Virus record (IMG/VR): IMGVR_UViG_3300033153_006620
Span: 1 to 57,203 of that record
Origin: a virus
DNA length: 57,203 nt
Direction: 5' to 3' (one strand)
A program made the translations under genes and the position numbers. The notes under the pieces are model-generated. The model was not told the origin of the DNA and did not search any database. It saw only the letters and a program-made list of their open reading frames with translations. This document shows positions 1-7,023 of this stretch, piece by piece; within the stretch, counting starts at the first letter, position 1; each line of letters opens with the position of its first letter.

Positions 1-114
1 TAAAATTTGAATGGGAGTTTCTTTTATAATTATTTTTTCGTCATTGGTCCCTCTCAAATCGGCCCCGCTCAAATCGGCCCCGCTCAAATCGGCCCCGCTC
101 AAATCGGACCTGTT
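1..114. repeat. Terminal direct repeat, identical to 57090-57203 (circular-assembly overlap or terminal redundancy; unique genome length 57089 bp)
   Basis: Base-for-base comparison of the two window ends. Confidence 0.95.
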
Positions 115-408
115 CAAATCGGACCTGCTCAAATCGGCCCCGCTCAAATCGGACCCGTTCAAATCGGACCCGTTCAAATCGGCCCCGCTCAAATCGGCCC
201 CGCTCAAATCGGCCCCGCTCAAATCGGCCCCGCTCAAATCGGACCTGCTCAAATCGGCCCCGCTCAAATCGGCCCCGCTCAAATCGGACCCGTTCAAATC
301 GGACCCGCTCAAATCGGCCCCGCTCAAATCGGACCTGTTTTCTTCAACGAGCTTTTTTAAATCGTTGCCTTCTGCTATTACATCACCATTTATCTTTTTT
401 AGATACAT
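1..408 (-). CDS. Pentapeptide-repeat protein, N-terminal part. The gene crosses the window junction and continues 57089 down to 56907 (about 196 aa on the circular map).
   Basis: ATG at 408 lies 6 nt after GGAGG (415-419). Sequence is MYLKKINGDVIAEGNDLKKLVEENR followed by about 20 x [S/N][G/R][A/S]DL. The frame is continuous with ORF 56907..57191 through the overlap. Confidence 0.85.
   Translation of the reverse strand, partial: MYLKKINGDVIAEGNDLKKLVEENRSDLSGADLSGSDLNGSDLSGADLSGADLSRSDLSGADLSGADLSGADLSGADLNGSDLNGSDLSGADLSRSDLNRSDLSGADLSGADLSGADLRGTNDEKIIIKETPIQIL
53..337 (-). repeat. 19 tandem 15-bp units (plus strand CTCAAATCGGCCCCG; minus strand GGGGCCGATTTGAGC = G-A-D-L-S) forming the coding repeat of the pentapeptide gene
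   Basis: Units counted directly at 53-67, 68-82 ... 323-337. Variants differ only at positions giving G/R, A/S and S/N. Confidence 0.95.
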
Positions 409-481
409 ATGCATCCTCCGTTTAATTTTTCCCCTTTACAATCCCAATTTATCAATCAAAGCCTTAATCCTGCGTTCATAT

Positions 482-1243
482 TCATTTTTTAATTACCCTC
501 CTATCATCCCCGCAAACAGACAATATTTTTTCAGAAGCTAACCGGCTAGCTACCCTATCCCCGAATCGTATAGCCACGTCTTTTATGTCCAGGTTGGATG
601 TGTACACGGTAGGCAAACAATGGCTATAGCGATAATCAACAATGCTATACCATGACTGTATCACATAATCCGTTAGTTTTTCGGTCCCAATATCGTCAAT
701 TATAAGAATGTCTTTCCCTTTAAATTTCTTATAAACTTCTTCCTCTGAAACCTCATTATTGCTGAAAGCTGACTTTAGATTTAATAAGATGTCGGTGGCG
801 GATTTAAACAGAAATTTCTCTATTTGCTTAGTAGCCAAATTTCTCATTAATGCCACGGCTAAATGAGTTTTTCCACATCCAACCGGGCCAGTAATGAAAA
901 TTGAACCTTCAAGCTTCTGTAAATTACTCAGATAATCATAAGCCAATTTATTCTTATCATCAATTTTGAAGTTTTTGAAAGAGCTATTAGCGTACCGTGG
1001 GGGCACATTACAGGCCTTAAAATAATTTGCCATACTTTGCCGCCTTCTAGCGAACTTTTGGCACTGGATGCTACACAAGCCCTTGAACAGGTATTCTCCA
1101 TCTTCATCATAACGGCAACTCTTATGCATTTTACCGCAATAAAGGCATTTAACCATTTCGTCATTGCCGTCATTTTTGGCGCCATCATCTGATATCGGCG
1201 TATTTTTCATTAATTTTTTGAGTACTTGACTGACTGATTCCAT
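482..1243 (-). CDS. DnaC/IstB-like AAA+ ATPase (helicase loader type)
   Basis: Walker A GPVGCGKTHLAVAL and Walker B ILIIDDIG; N-terminal Cys cluster CLYCGK..C..C; GGAG before the ATG. Confidence 0.8.
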   Translation of the reverse strand: MESVSQVLKKLMKNTPISDDGAKNDGNDEMVKCLYCGKMHKSCRYDEDGEYLFKGLCSIQCQKFARRRQSMANYFKACNVPPRYANSSFKNFKIDDKNKLAYDYLSNLQKLEGSIFITGPVGCGKTHLAVALMRNLATKQIEKFLFKSATDILLNLKSAFSNNEVSEEEVYKKFKGKDILIIDDIGTEKLTDYVIQSWYSIVDYRYSHCLPTVYTSNLDIKDVAIRFGDRVASRLASEKILSVCGDDRRVIKK

Positions 1244-1886
1244 TATTTGCTCCGTTGTTTTGATTTATAACCTCATTTTCCCAGCAATTACCGTTGAGAT
1301 AAACAAGAGGCCCTTTTCGGTATTGCTTATCTGGGGTGGATTCTACATATGCAGGTAATTTTTCTTTAATAGCTAATTTATCTTTGTCGGATAATTTGCT
1401 GTATTTCGATTGACACTTTTTCTTATCAACAGACTTTTTGTACATTTTCCAAAAATCTTCAAAAGGAAAAACGCCTTTGTTATAATTATCATTATCGTTA
1501 TCATTATAGTTCTCCTTCTCTTTATTGCTTAAGCCTTGTTTAAGCCTGGCTTCCCTTTTTTGTTTTCTAGCTTCCACACCCTTTTTTCCTGCTTTGGATA
1601 ATTTAGTGGATTTTTCCTCTAATTCGGCTAATTGTTCGTCAAGAAAATCAACTATTATATAATCACCTTCTCGTTTTATTATTTCACTTTCTATCAGTTT
1701 TTTTATTTTATTGGTTTTTTTTGGGAACTTTTTGAGTAATTTTTGGTATAAAACTGAACAATTTTTTAACCAATAATAGGAGCAAATTGAAACAAAAGCG
1801 CCTTTTATTGAGTCATTTTCCAGGGAAATATCCCCTGAATCCCATTCCTGACATGTGAAACGAAAGTATGGAAGCTCTTTAGCCAC
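1185..1886 (-). CDS. Replication organizer/initiator-like protein (assignment tentative)
   Basis: N-terminus LPYFRFTCQEWDSGDI..GAFVSICSYYW resembles phage replisome-organizer N-domains. It sits directly upstream of the DnaC-like gene and has a charged low-complexity middle. Confidence 0.4.
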   Translation of the reverse strand: MAKELPYFRFTCQEWDSGDISLENDSIKGAFVSICSYYWLKNCSVLYQKLLKKFPKKTNKIKKLIESEIIKREGDYIIVDFLDEQLAELEEKSTKLSKAGKKGVEARKQKREARLKQGLSNKEKENYNDNDNDNYNKGVFPFEDFWKMYKKSVDKKKCQSKYSKLSDKDKLAIKEKLPAYVESTPDKQYRKGPLVYLNGNCWENEVINQNNGANNGISQSSTQKINEKYADIR

Positions 1887-2152
1887 TATTTCTCTTCCGC
1901 CAAATCACAGGCCGCTGAAAGGATTACAAGCTGCGTCATGCCATCGCCAAAGACTCCTCCGGTTCGCTCCTTGGTTAGCTTTAAAACGGCAGCTAAGGAG
2001 CTAATCTCATACTCTTTACAGACATTGGTTATAAGAGCTTTCCAGGGCTTTATTCTTTTATCGTATTCATCACCGAAAAGAAATTTTATACTCTTCCGGG
2101 CCTGTTTTAATTTATAAGAAACTTCAAATACTTTTTCTATATCGGCACTCAC
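1886..2152 (-). CDS. Hypothetical protein
   Basis: GTG start 7 nt after GAGGTGGA; co-directional and abuts its neighbours; no motif recognised. Confidence 0.55.
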   Translation of the reverse strand: MSADIEKVFEVSYKLKQARKSIKFLFGDEYDKRIKPWKALITNVCKEYEISSLAAVLKLTKERTGGVFGDGMTQLVILSAACDLAEEK

Positions 2153-2155
2153 GAT

Positions 2156-2428
2156 TCAATCCACCTCTCTCAAAAGCTTTTGGGTGAACTCTTCAGAATG
2201 CTCCAACCACTCTTTGGCCCATCTGAATTTTGCAGCGGCATTTTGCATATGTCTTTTGCAAGCCTCTTCTTTTGTGAGGATTTCATCATGATAAATTTGA
2301 CTCCTATGATTTGACGATCCAGTGATTTTATATAATTTTAGAGTCACTTTAATCACCATTCCATAAGCCATATTGCAATCACCCATCCAGTAAACTTTAT
2401 CACCTATTTTTTTCATTTTAGTCTCCAA
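2156..2428 (-). CDS. Hypothetical protein
   Basis: Co-directional packed ORF; no motif recognised. Confidence 0.6.
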   Translation of the reverse strand: METKMKKIGDKVYWMGDCNMAYGMVIKVTLKLYKITGSSNHRSQIYHDEILTKEEACKRHMQNAAAKFRWAKEWLEHSEEFTQKLLREVD

Positions 2429-2433
2429 ACTAT

Positions 2434-2628
2434 TTATGAACCATTGTGAATTCTTCTGTCAGTTTTTTCTAAAACCAGCCTGGCGGCGGGTACTATGACC
2501 TCAGCTAAATAACCAATTGAGCCATATTTTTCCTGATTACCAGTGCAATAGTTCAAAACTTTTTTAGCCAAGTCTCGCGATAGCTCACGATAAAATACTG
2601 ATTGTGAACAATTACATTTTTCACTCAT
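2434..2628 (-). CDS. Hypothetical protein (start moved to ATG 2628)
   Basis: ATG 2628 is preceded by GAGG. The longer TTG-start version (to 2670) would begin inside the terminator U-tract. Confidence 0.55.
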   Translation of the reverse strand: MSEKCNCSQSVFYRELSRDLAKKVLNYCTGNQEKYGSIGYLAEVIVPAARLVLEKTDRRIHNGS

Positions 2629-2668
2629 TTTAACCTCATAAGGCCCTGGCCAGCTTTCGAGAATCTGC

Positions 2669-2698
2669 AAAAACCGAAACGCCGCGAAGGCATACCGG
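2669..2698 (-). terminator. Intrinsic-terminator-like hairpin plus U5, about 65 nt downstream of a consensus promoter and upstream of the next gene
   Basis: Minus-sense CCGGUAUGCC-UUCGC-GGCGUUUCGG (9 of 10 pairs incl. 2 G-U) followed by UUUUU. Confidence 0.6.
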
Positions 2699-2766
2699 CC
2701 AGGACTTTTTAAAACTTTACTTTTGAATTTAGCAGATTCATAATTTTAACTTTTTAATCTCCCCTA

Positions 2767-2795
2767 AATATCTAAAATTAATCAGGGGGTGTCAA
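2767..2795 (-). promoter_or_regulatory. Sigma70-type promoter TTGACA-N17-GATATT
   Basis: Perfect -35 at 2790-2795, 17-nt spacer, -10 at 2767-2772. The same block recurs at 4289-4317. Confidence 0.65.
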
Positions 2796-3072
2796 GGGGT
2801 TTGTTTAAAAGCTCATCTTTTGTGTATGTATGTTTGATTCCCGATAACACAAAGCCTCCGGAACTATATTTTTTAGCTTCAGATTCAGTTAGATCTCGTG
2901 TGTATTTTTTGGGGAACCTAACGTTAAATGCTCCGATTCCTTCGAGAAACATTCCGTAATAATTTTCTTCGTCTTCTCTGGTCACATGGCAAAGCTCAAA
3001 CTCTTCGTTTATTTGTAGCTCCCAGATTTTATGCTCGGAAGCTCTGGCCATTTTATATTCGTCTTTTTTCAT
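2782..3072 (-). CDS. Hypothetical protein
   Basis: Co-directional ORF; GAGGATGAG before the ATG. Confidence 0.6.
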   Translation of the reverse strand: MKKDEYKMARASEHKIWELQINEEFELCHVTREDEENYYGMFLEGIGAFNVRFPKKYTRDLTESEAKKYSSGGFVLSGIKHTYTKDELLNKPLDTP

Positions 3073-3090
3073 CTCATCCTCACATTAAAG

Positions 3091-3414
3091 TTAACCGTTA
3101 TTTTCCAAGAAATTCTGAAGTATATCAACCTGATTTAGTACGTTATAGGTCTCCTCTTGTATGTATTTGTTTATCAAAGTTTCTTTTACTTCTAGAAAAT
3201 TCGTTTCGTTCTTTAGAGAATCGCTTTGAGGGTTGGCTTTGACAAACAAATCAGTATTGGAATAGCCCATATTGTTACCCAAACTATGCTTACCAATCTT
3301 TAATCTATTAAGAATCGGGGAGACTGCAATTGATTTGCAAGCACTTTCAAAATCCTCTTCAAATCTTTTCTCAGCTCTTTTTTCGATTGCTTTTTCTAAA
3401 AATGATTTATTCAT
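3091..3414 (-). CDS. Hypothetical protein
   Basis: Co-directional ORF; GGAG before the ATG. Confidence 0.6.
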   Translation of the reverse strand: MNKSFLEKAIEKRAEKRFEEDFESACKSIAVSPILNRLKIGKHSLGNNMGYSNTDLFVKANPQSDSLKNETNFLEVKETLINKYIQEETYNVLNQVDILQNFLENNG

Positions 3415-3441
3415 TTTATTCTCCGTTGTTGATGTTAGTGT

Positions 3442-3729
3442 TTAAAATAGCGTGTCATAAGATGACTTGATCAGACCTTTAAAAGAACATCCTAAATCTG
3501 CGCTACCAAATACCCCCTCTTCAGACGAATCGTCTCTTATGAGATTAATCCTGATTTGCCCGCGCTTTATATTGATAGAAATATTCGCTCCAGGTTCAAT
3601 TCCATCCATAGCAGATGTTAACAGCTCATTAAATCCACGTTCCTGAAGTTCCTTTTCAACGTCTTCAAATTTAACAAGACTTCCATCTTTAGATTTGGAT
3701 AAGATGGTTTTTAGTTCGTATCGTTTCAT
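3442..3729 (-). CDS. Hypothetical protein
   Basis: Co-directional ORF; 4-nt overlap with the upstream gene. Confidence 0.6.
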   Translation of the reverse strand: MKRYELKTILSKSKDGSLVKFEDVEKELQERGFNELLTSAMDGIEPGANISINIKRGQIRINLIRDDSSEEGVFGSADLGCSFKGLIKSSYDTLF

Positions 3730-3986
3730 TTAGAAACCTCCAAGACAAAACCCCTAGATTTAATCTGTGCTATGATGCCGATTAGCACCGGGGCTTTCTT
3801 TGTTGAGTACAATGCTCCATCGGATCTTATGGGACCTATAGTAAAAACAGTTTGATTGTCAAGATCTCGAACCAAGTTCATTGAATTTCTTATGCTCTCC
3901 CAATGTACTACATCGCCTATTTCAGCATGAGGTACACCGGGGGAAACTGGGTATGTGTTTTTTAGTACTTTCATCTCAATCTCCAA
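3726..3986 (-). CDS. Hypothetical protein
   Basis: Co-directional ORF; ATGA-type overlap with the downstream gene. Confidence 0.6.
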   Translation of the reverse strand: MEIEMKVLKNTYPVSPGVPHAEIGDVVHWESIRNSMNLVRDLDNQTVFTIGPIRSDGALYSTKKAPVLIGIIAQIKSRGFVLEVSK

Positions 3987-3988
3987 AG

Positions 3989-4156
3989 TTAAGATTTTTT
4001 ATTAATTTGGTCCTGAGCCCACTCAAGCAAACCTTTCTTTACAATGGGACCGAAATTCATGGCACTTAGATTTATACCAAAATGTCGTCCTTTTGATGAG
4101 TTACCGAACAACCAGTATTCACCCTCTTTGAATCTTATCTCTGCATTTAATTTCAT
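3989..4156 (-). CDS. Small hypothetical protein (55 aa, below the ORF-track cutoff)
   Basis: ATG 4156 is preceded by AGGAGAATAAC. MKLNAEIRFKEGEYWLF... fills an otherwise empty gap after promoter 4289-4317. Confidence 0.5.
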   Translation of the reverse strand: MKLNAEIRFKEGEYWLFGNSSKGRHFGINLSAMNFGPIVKKGLLEWAQDQINKKS

Positions 4157-4288
4157 GTTATTCTCCTACGTTTATTACTGCAAGGGCCGGGCAATGGAAA
4201 TCGTAGGAAAAACCATCCCGCAGGTCGCCGAAACGAACCCTCACAAATTTAATTTAAAACTTTCCTACATTTTTTAAATCTATACCTA

Positions 4289-4317
4289 AATATCTAATAA
4301 AACGCTGTGAATGTCAA
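4289..4317 (-). promoter_or_regulatory. Sigma70-type promoter TTGACA-N17-GATATT (second copy)
   Basis: -35 at 4312-4317 and -10 at 4289-4294. The leader start GATATTTAGG..AGATT(T)AAAAA..AAAGTTTTAAA is shared with the 2767 copy. Confidence 0.65.
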
Positions 4318-4332
4318 GGGGAAATAAAATGT

Positions 4333-4662
4333 TTAGCCAGGGTTCCGCACTGCTAATGCAGACATAAAATAATTCAATCGTTGACATTTGATTTTTGCTG
4401 ATAAGTTTGGTTTTGGTAGCTTGTCGCTTTTGGATATGAAGCTGTAATCAATAGGTTGTGGTATTATCGGCGGTTCATCAAATTTCCTCTTATGATAACG
4501 TTCGAATAATATCGGCTCATCATAACTACAAGCGGTGACATTGCCAATAACTGTAACTCCATATACATCATCATAAGTAATTATGTCACCGGCTACGATA
4601 TTCCTATGTGTTGCACTCGGGGTGACATATTCTGTGCCTATTATAGCTATTGTAGCCATCAT
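4333..4662 (-). CDS. Hypothetical protein
   Basis: Co-directional ORF; overlaps the upstream stop. Confidence 0.6.
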   Translation of the reverse strand: MMATIAIIGTEYVTPSATHRNIVAGDIITYDDVYGVTVIGNVTACSYDEPILFERYHKRKFDEPPIIPQPIDYSFISKSDKLPKPNLSAKIKCQRLNYFMSALAVRNPG

Positions 4663-4853
4663 ATTGATCCTTTAAATCCTAGTATCGTTTGCCCAATTAA
4701 AACCGCTTTATCACGCGCCGACTGCCCGGTTTTTCCGTGCTTATCTTTTGGGCACTTGTATACATCACACCGCTGAAGCTTATCCATTTCCGCGCCCCAG
4801 AACATACATCTATTGCGTGGGGGTTTGTAGCGGTTGCAGTTAGTATCGTTCAA
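4659..4853 (-). CDS. Small Cys-containing hypothetical protein
   Basis: Co-directional ORF with 4-nt overlaps on both sides. Confidence 0.55.
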   Translation of the reverse strand: MNDTNCNRYKPPRNRCMFWGAEMDKLQRCDVYKCPKDKHGKTGQSARDKAVLIGQTILGFKGSI

Positions 4854-5215
4854 AACACCGGTATCTTGTAATCTGATATCTGCTTAGGCTTGCAACGGAG
4901 TACTGTGTCTCGCATTGTTATTGCATTTCTTAACACATAGCGCCTGCTTGATAAGCTGAATGAAAACCAACTCGAACTTTCATCATTACAATGTACTTCG
5001 TACATATGCAGCGGACACTCACAACAATCGCTTGCAAACTTTACGCAATAAGAACAATCGTCTGCACAATAACCAATATCAATCTCTTTATAATGAATTG
5101 CCGTATTTCCTATAGAAATCGATTCACCATTGTCAGCCACAACAATAAGCGCAATAATAGTGTTCCAATGATGTACAGCGCTAGTGTATAGATTTATCCA
5201 TTCGATTCTATTCAT
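4850..5215 (-). CDS. Cys-rich hypothetical protein
   Basis: CADDCSYCVKFASDCCECPLH cluster; co-directional. Confidence 0.6.
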   Translation of the reverse strand: MNRIEWINLYTSAVHHWNTIIALIVVADNGESISIGNTAIHYKEIDIGYCADDCSYCVKFASDCCECPLHMYEVHCNDESSSWFSFSLSSRRYVLRNAITMRDTVLRCKPKQISDYKIPVF

Positions 5216-5216
5216 A

Positions 5217-5405
5217 TTAAGCCTTCCTTTCCCACCGCTTAAGCAACACTTTATTTTTCTTTTCCTCTTCGATTAATTGCCGGACAATAACAGTCCCTTT
5301 TACACCCCCCGCTTTGGCAGCGTATTTTAAAAGCCAATTGTGCAAATCTTCCAAAAGTTGCACGGTAAACGTTTTAGTCTTCGGTTTAGTTTTCTTGGGT
5401 TTCAT
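5217..5405 (-). CDS. Ribbon-helix-helix (CopG/Arc-type) DNA-binding protein
   Basis: Basic tail, then a beta-strand KTFTVQLLEDL and two helices (HNWLLKYAAKAGG / GTVIVRQLIEEE). Confidence 0.55.
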   Translation of the reverse strand: MKPKKTKPKTKTFTVQLLEDLHNWLLKYAAKAGGVKGTVIVRQLIEEEKKNKVLLKRWERKA

Positions 5406-5857
5406 AACTGCTCTCCTATTTCTTTAAATAATTTTATGACCGATTCTAATTCCGGGTTCCGGGCTGCATACTCAACATAACTGTAAAATTTTTTATGATG
5501 ACTGTGGTTGTGTTTATTGATTCGCATATGTTCATTGTACCCGGCTTCAGTGAAAAAGAAATTTTCATTATGTTCGATATCCTGTAAATCCATTTCATAG
5601 CACCCGTCTTTTACAACTTCAAAATCTTGATCGTCGTCTTCGCATTGCTTTTTTAATTCTTCAAGAGTGAACGTTCGTTCATAATCAGAGTCGTAATACA
5701 CAGTATTTCCGTTATGACCAACCGGGGCTGCATAATCTTGATGACATCTAATTGTAAAATAATATGGGTCAGCGGTCCCACGCCTATCTTGAGTTTTCAG
5801 GTCATGACAAAACTTTTTCATGAACTTCGTGGTTTCTTCTGATAGTTTAATTTCCAT
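5402..5857 (-). CDS. Hypothetical protein
   Basis: Co-directional ORF; no motif recognised. Confidence 0.6.
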   Translation of the reverse strand: MEIKLSEETTKFMKKFCHDLKTQDRRGTADPYYFTIRCHQDYAAPVGHNGNTVYYDSDYERTFTLEELKKQCEDDDQDFEVVKDGCYEMDLQDIEHNENFFFTEAGYNEHMRINKHNHSHHKKFYSYVEYAARNPELESVIKLFKEIGEQL

Positions 5858-6188
5858 TTTTCTCCTTTGGTATGTTTCTGGTTTCTAAGACTTCGGTTGA
5901 ATTTATTGCAAAATATATCTTTCCTAATTCAAGCGGCTCATTATTCGCAGGTTGGTGAAATTGTCCGCTTACAAGTCTATATCCATTCCATTTTAAAAGA
6001 ACCGACTGGAATCTATCGACATCAAAATACCCTCCTGCATACAACCATACAGCATCGATAGGTTGAAGGTTCTCTATTCACACCCTCCAATACCATTTAT
6101 ATTCTCTATATTCCAAAGGCTTTTTACCGGCAATAATCAGTTCAAGCCACTCCTCTTTTATTGTCATTTTCAGGATGTTTTTACTCAT
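5847..6188 (-). pseudogene. ASCH-like domain gene interrupted by one in-frame TGA (6080-6078): pseudogene, readthrough or recoding candidate
   Basis: MSKNILKMTIKEEWLELIIAGKKPLEYREYKWYWRV-TGA-IENLQPIDAVWLYAGGYFDVDRF... reads as one domain in one frame. The downstream half has no ATG or RBS of its own. Confidence 0.55.
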
Positions 6189-6364
6189 TCATCACACCAG
6201 TCAAAAGATCCGAAATCTTCCTCCCTTACTTTGCTTATTTCGGTTTGTTCTCTCCAAAGTTTTATTGATTCCTTTAGGTTTATGCCAATCAACAGCGGGC
6301 ATTTCTTTTCGATTATAGGGTGTGCATGTTCCAATATATCTTCCTCCTGTTTAGTGTCTGGCAT
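6185..6364 (-). CDS. Small hypothetical protein (59 aa)
   Basis: ATG 6364 after AAGGA; its stop overlaps the next start (ATGA). Confidence 0.45.
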   Translation of the reverse strand: MPDTKQEEDILEHAHPIIEKKCPLLIGINLKESIKLWREQTEISKVREEDFGSFDWCDE

Positions 6365-6511
6365 TTAGTCCTTTTTCGATTGCGTCCAATTCTTCTTCGA
6401 TTCTTTCTATATAAAGCATCATCCAATTTAAATATGGAAGACTAGGTTTTTTCATATGTTTTGCAACCCATGACATGCGCTCGATACAAGTTAAATCTGC
6501 AAAGTTCTTTC

Positions 6512-6697
6512 TTACTTTTCCCATTCGTCCAAAACCTCCTGAATTATTTTTATCATTTCACATCTTTGATTAATTGTGTCATCAATAAATGCCACCCCTG
6601 GCCGGTACGTTTCGCTAGCTTCAAGAGCTTTATGCATTGCCTTTTGATAGTCCCTAATGCACGTATCCTGGCTTTCTATTAGTCCGTTTGAGTCCAT
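6512..6697 (-). CDS. Hypothetical protein
   Basis: Co-directional ORF. Confidence 0.5.
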   Translation of the reverse strand: MDSNGLIESQDTCIRDYQKAMHKALEASETYRPGVAFIDDTINQRCEMIKIIQEVLDEWEK

Positions 6698-6705
6698 TGT
6701 TTTCC

Positions 6706-6921
6706 TTAATTAAATGCAACGCTATTGAGATTGAATACTCTTTCCATAGTTCCATCTTCCAAATATACATCACAGTAATGCTTATCTCCATGCCCCATAG
6801 GCTCATGATAATCTATTGAAGTAACATCTTTATTATCCACACAATATGAAGAAAACTCCTCTCCATTTTCAGCGGAATAATACCAATTAAAATTACATCC
6901 TTTAACTTTTTTCGAACTCAT
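6706..6921 (-). CDS. Hypothetical protein (start moved to ATG 6921)
   Basis: AAAGGAAAGGAATATT precedes ATG 6921; the longer version starts at GTG without an RBS. Confidence 0.55.
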   Translation of the reverse strand: MSSKKVKGCNFNWYYSAENGEEFSSYCVDNKDVTSIDYHEPMGHGDKHYCDVYLEDGTMERVFNLNSVAFN

Positions 6922-7023
6922 AATATTCCTTTCCTTTAAATTTGAGCCCCCGCCATCGTCCACATTTGTCTGTTTTTTAATTTAATGATTAATCGTGGAT
7001 GACCCGGCGGAGGGGTGAATTAG

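Noticed and set aside
53-337. Possible CRISPR array
   Set aside because: The units are contiguous 15-mers with no spacers, and they are in frame within a coding sequence. This is not CRISPR architecture.
7-541. Plus-strand ORFs 7..360 and 11..541 translating the 15-bp array (QIGPA / KSAPL repeats)
   Set aside because: They are frame shadows of the tandem repeat. The minus strand gives a canonical pentapeptide-repeat protein with RBS, ATG and a non-repeat C-terminal domain, and it matches the genome-wide coding strand.
928-1188. Same-strand alternative-frame ORFs nested in larger genes (928..1188, 14191..14385, 15258..15464, 20527..20745, 39618..39842, 40308..40520, 44123..44314)
   Set aside because: They lie fully inside well-supported genes with recognisable motifs. 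Nothing supports overlapping coding.
2150-2158. In-frame TGA one codon before ORF 1886..2152 as a readthrough site
   Set aside because: The GTG start has a GAGGTGGA RBS at correct spacing, so these are normal adjacent genes.
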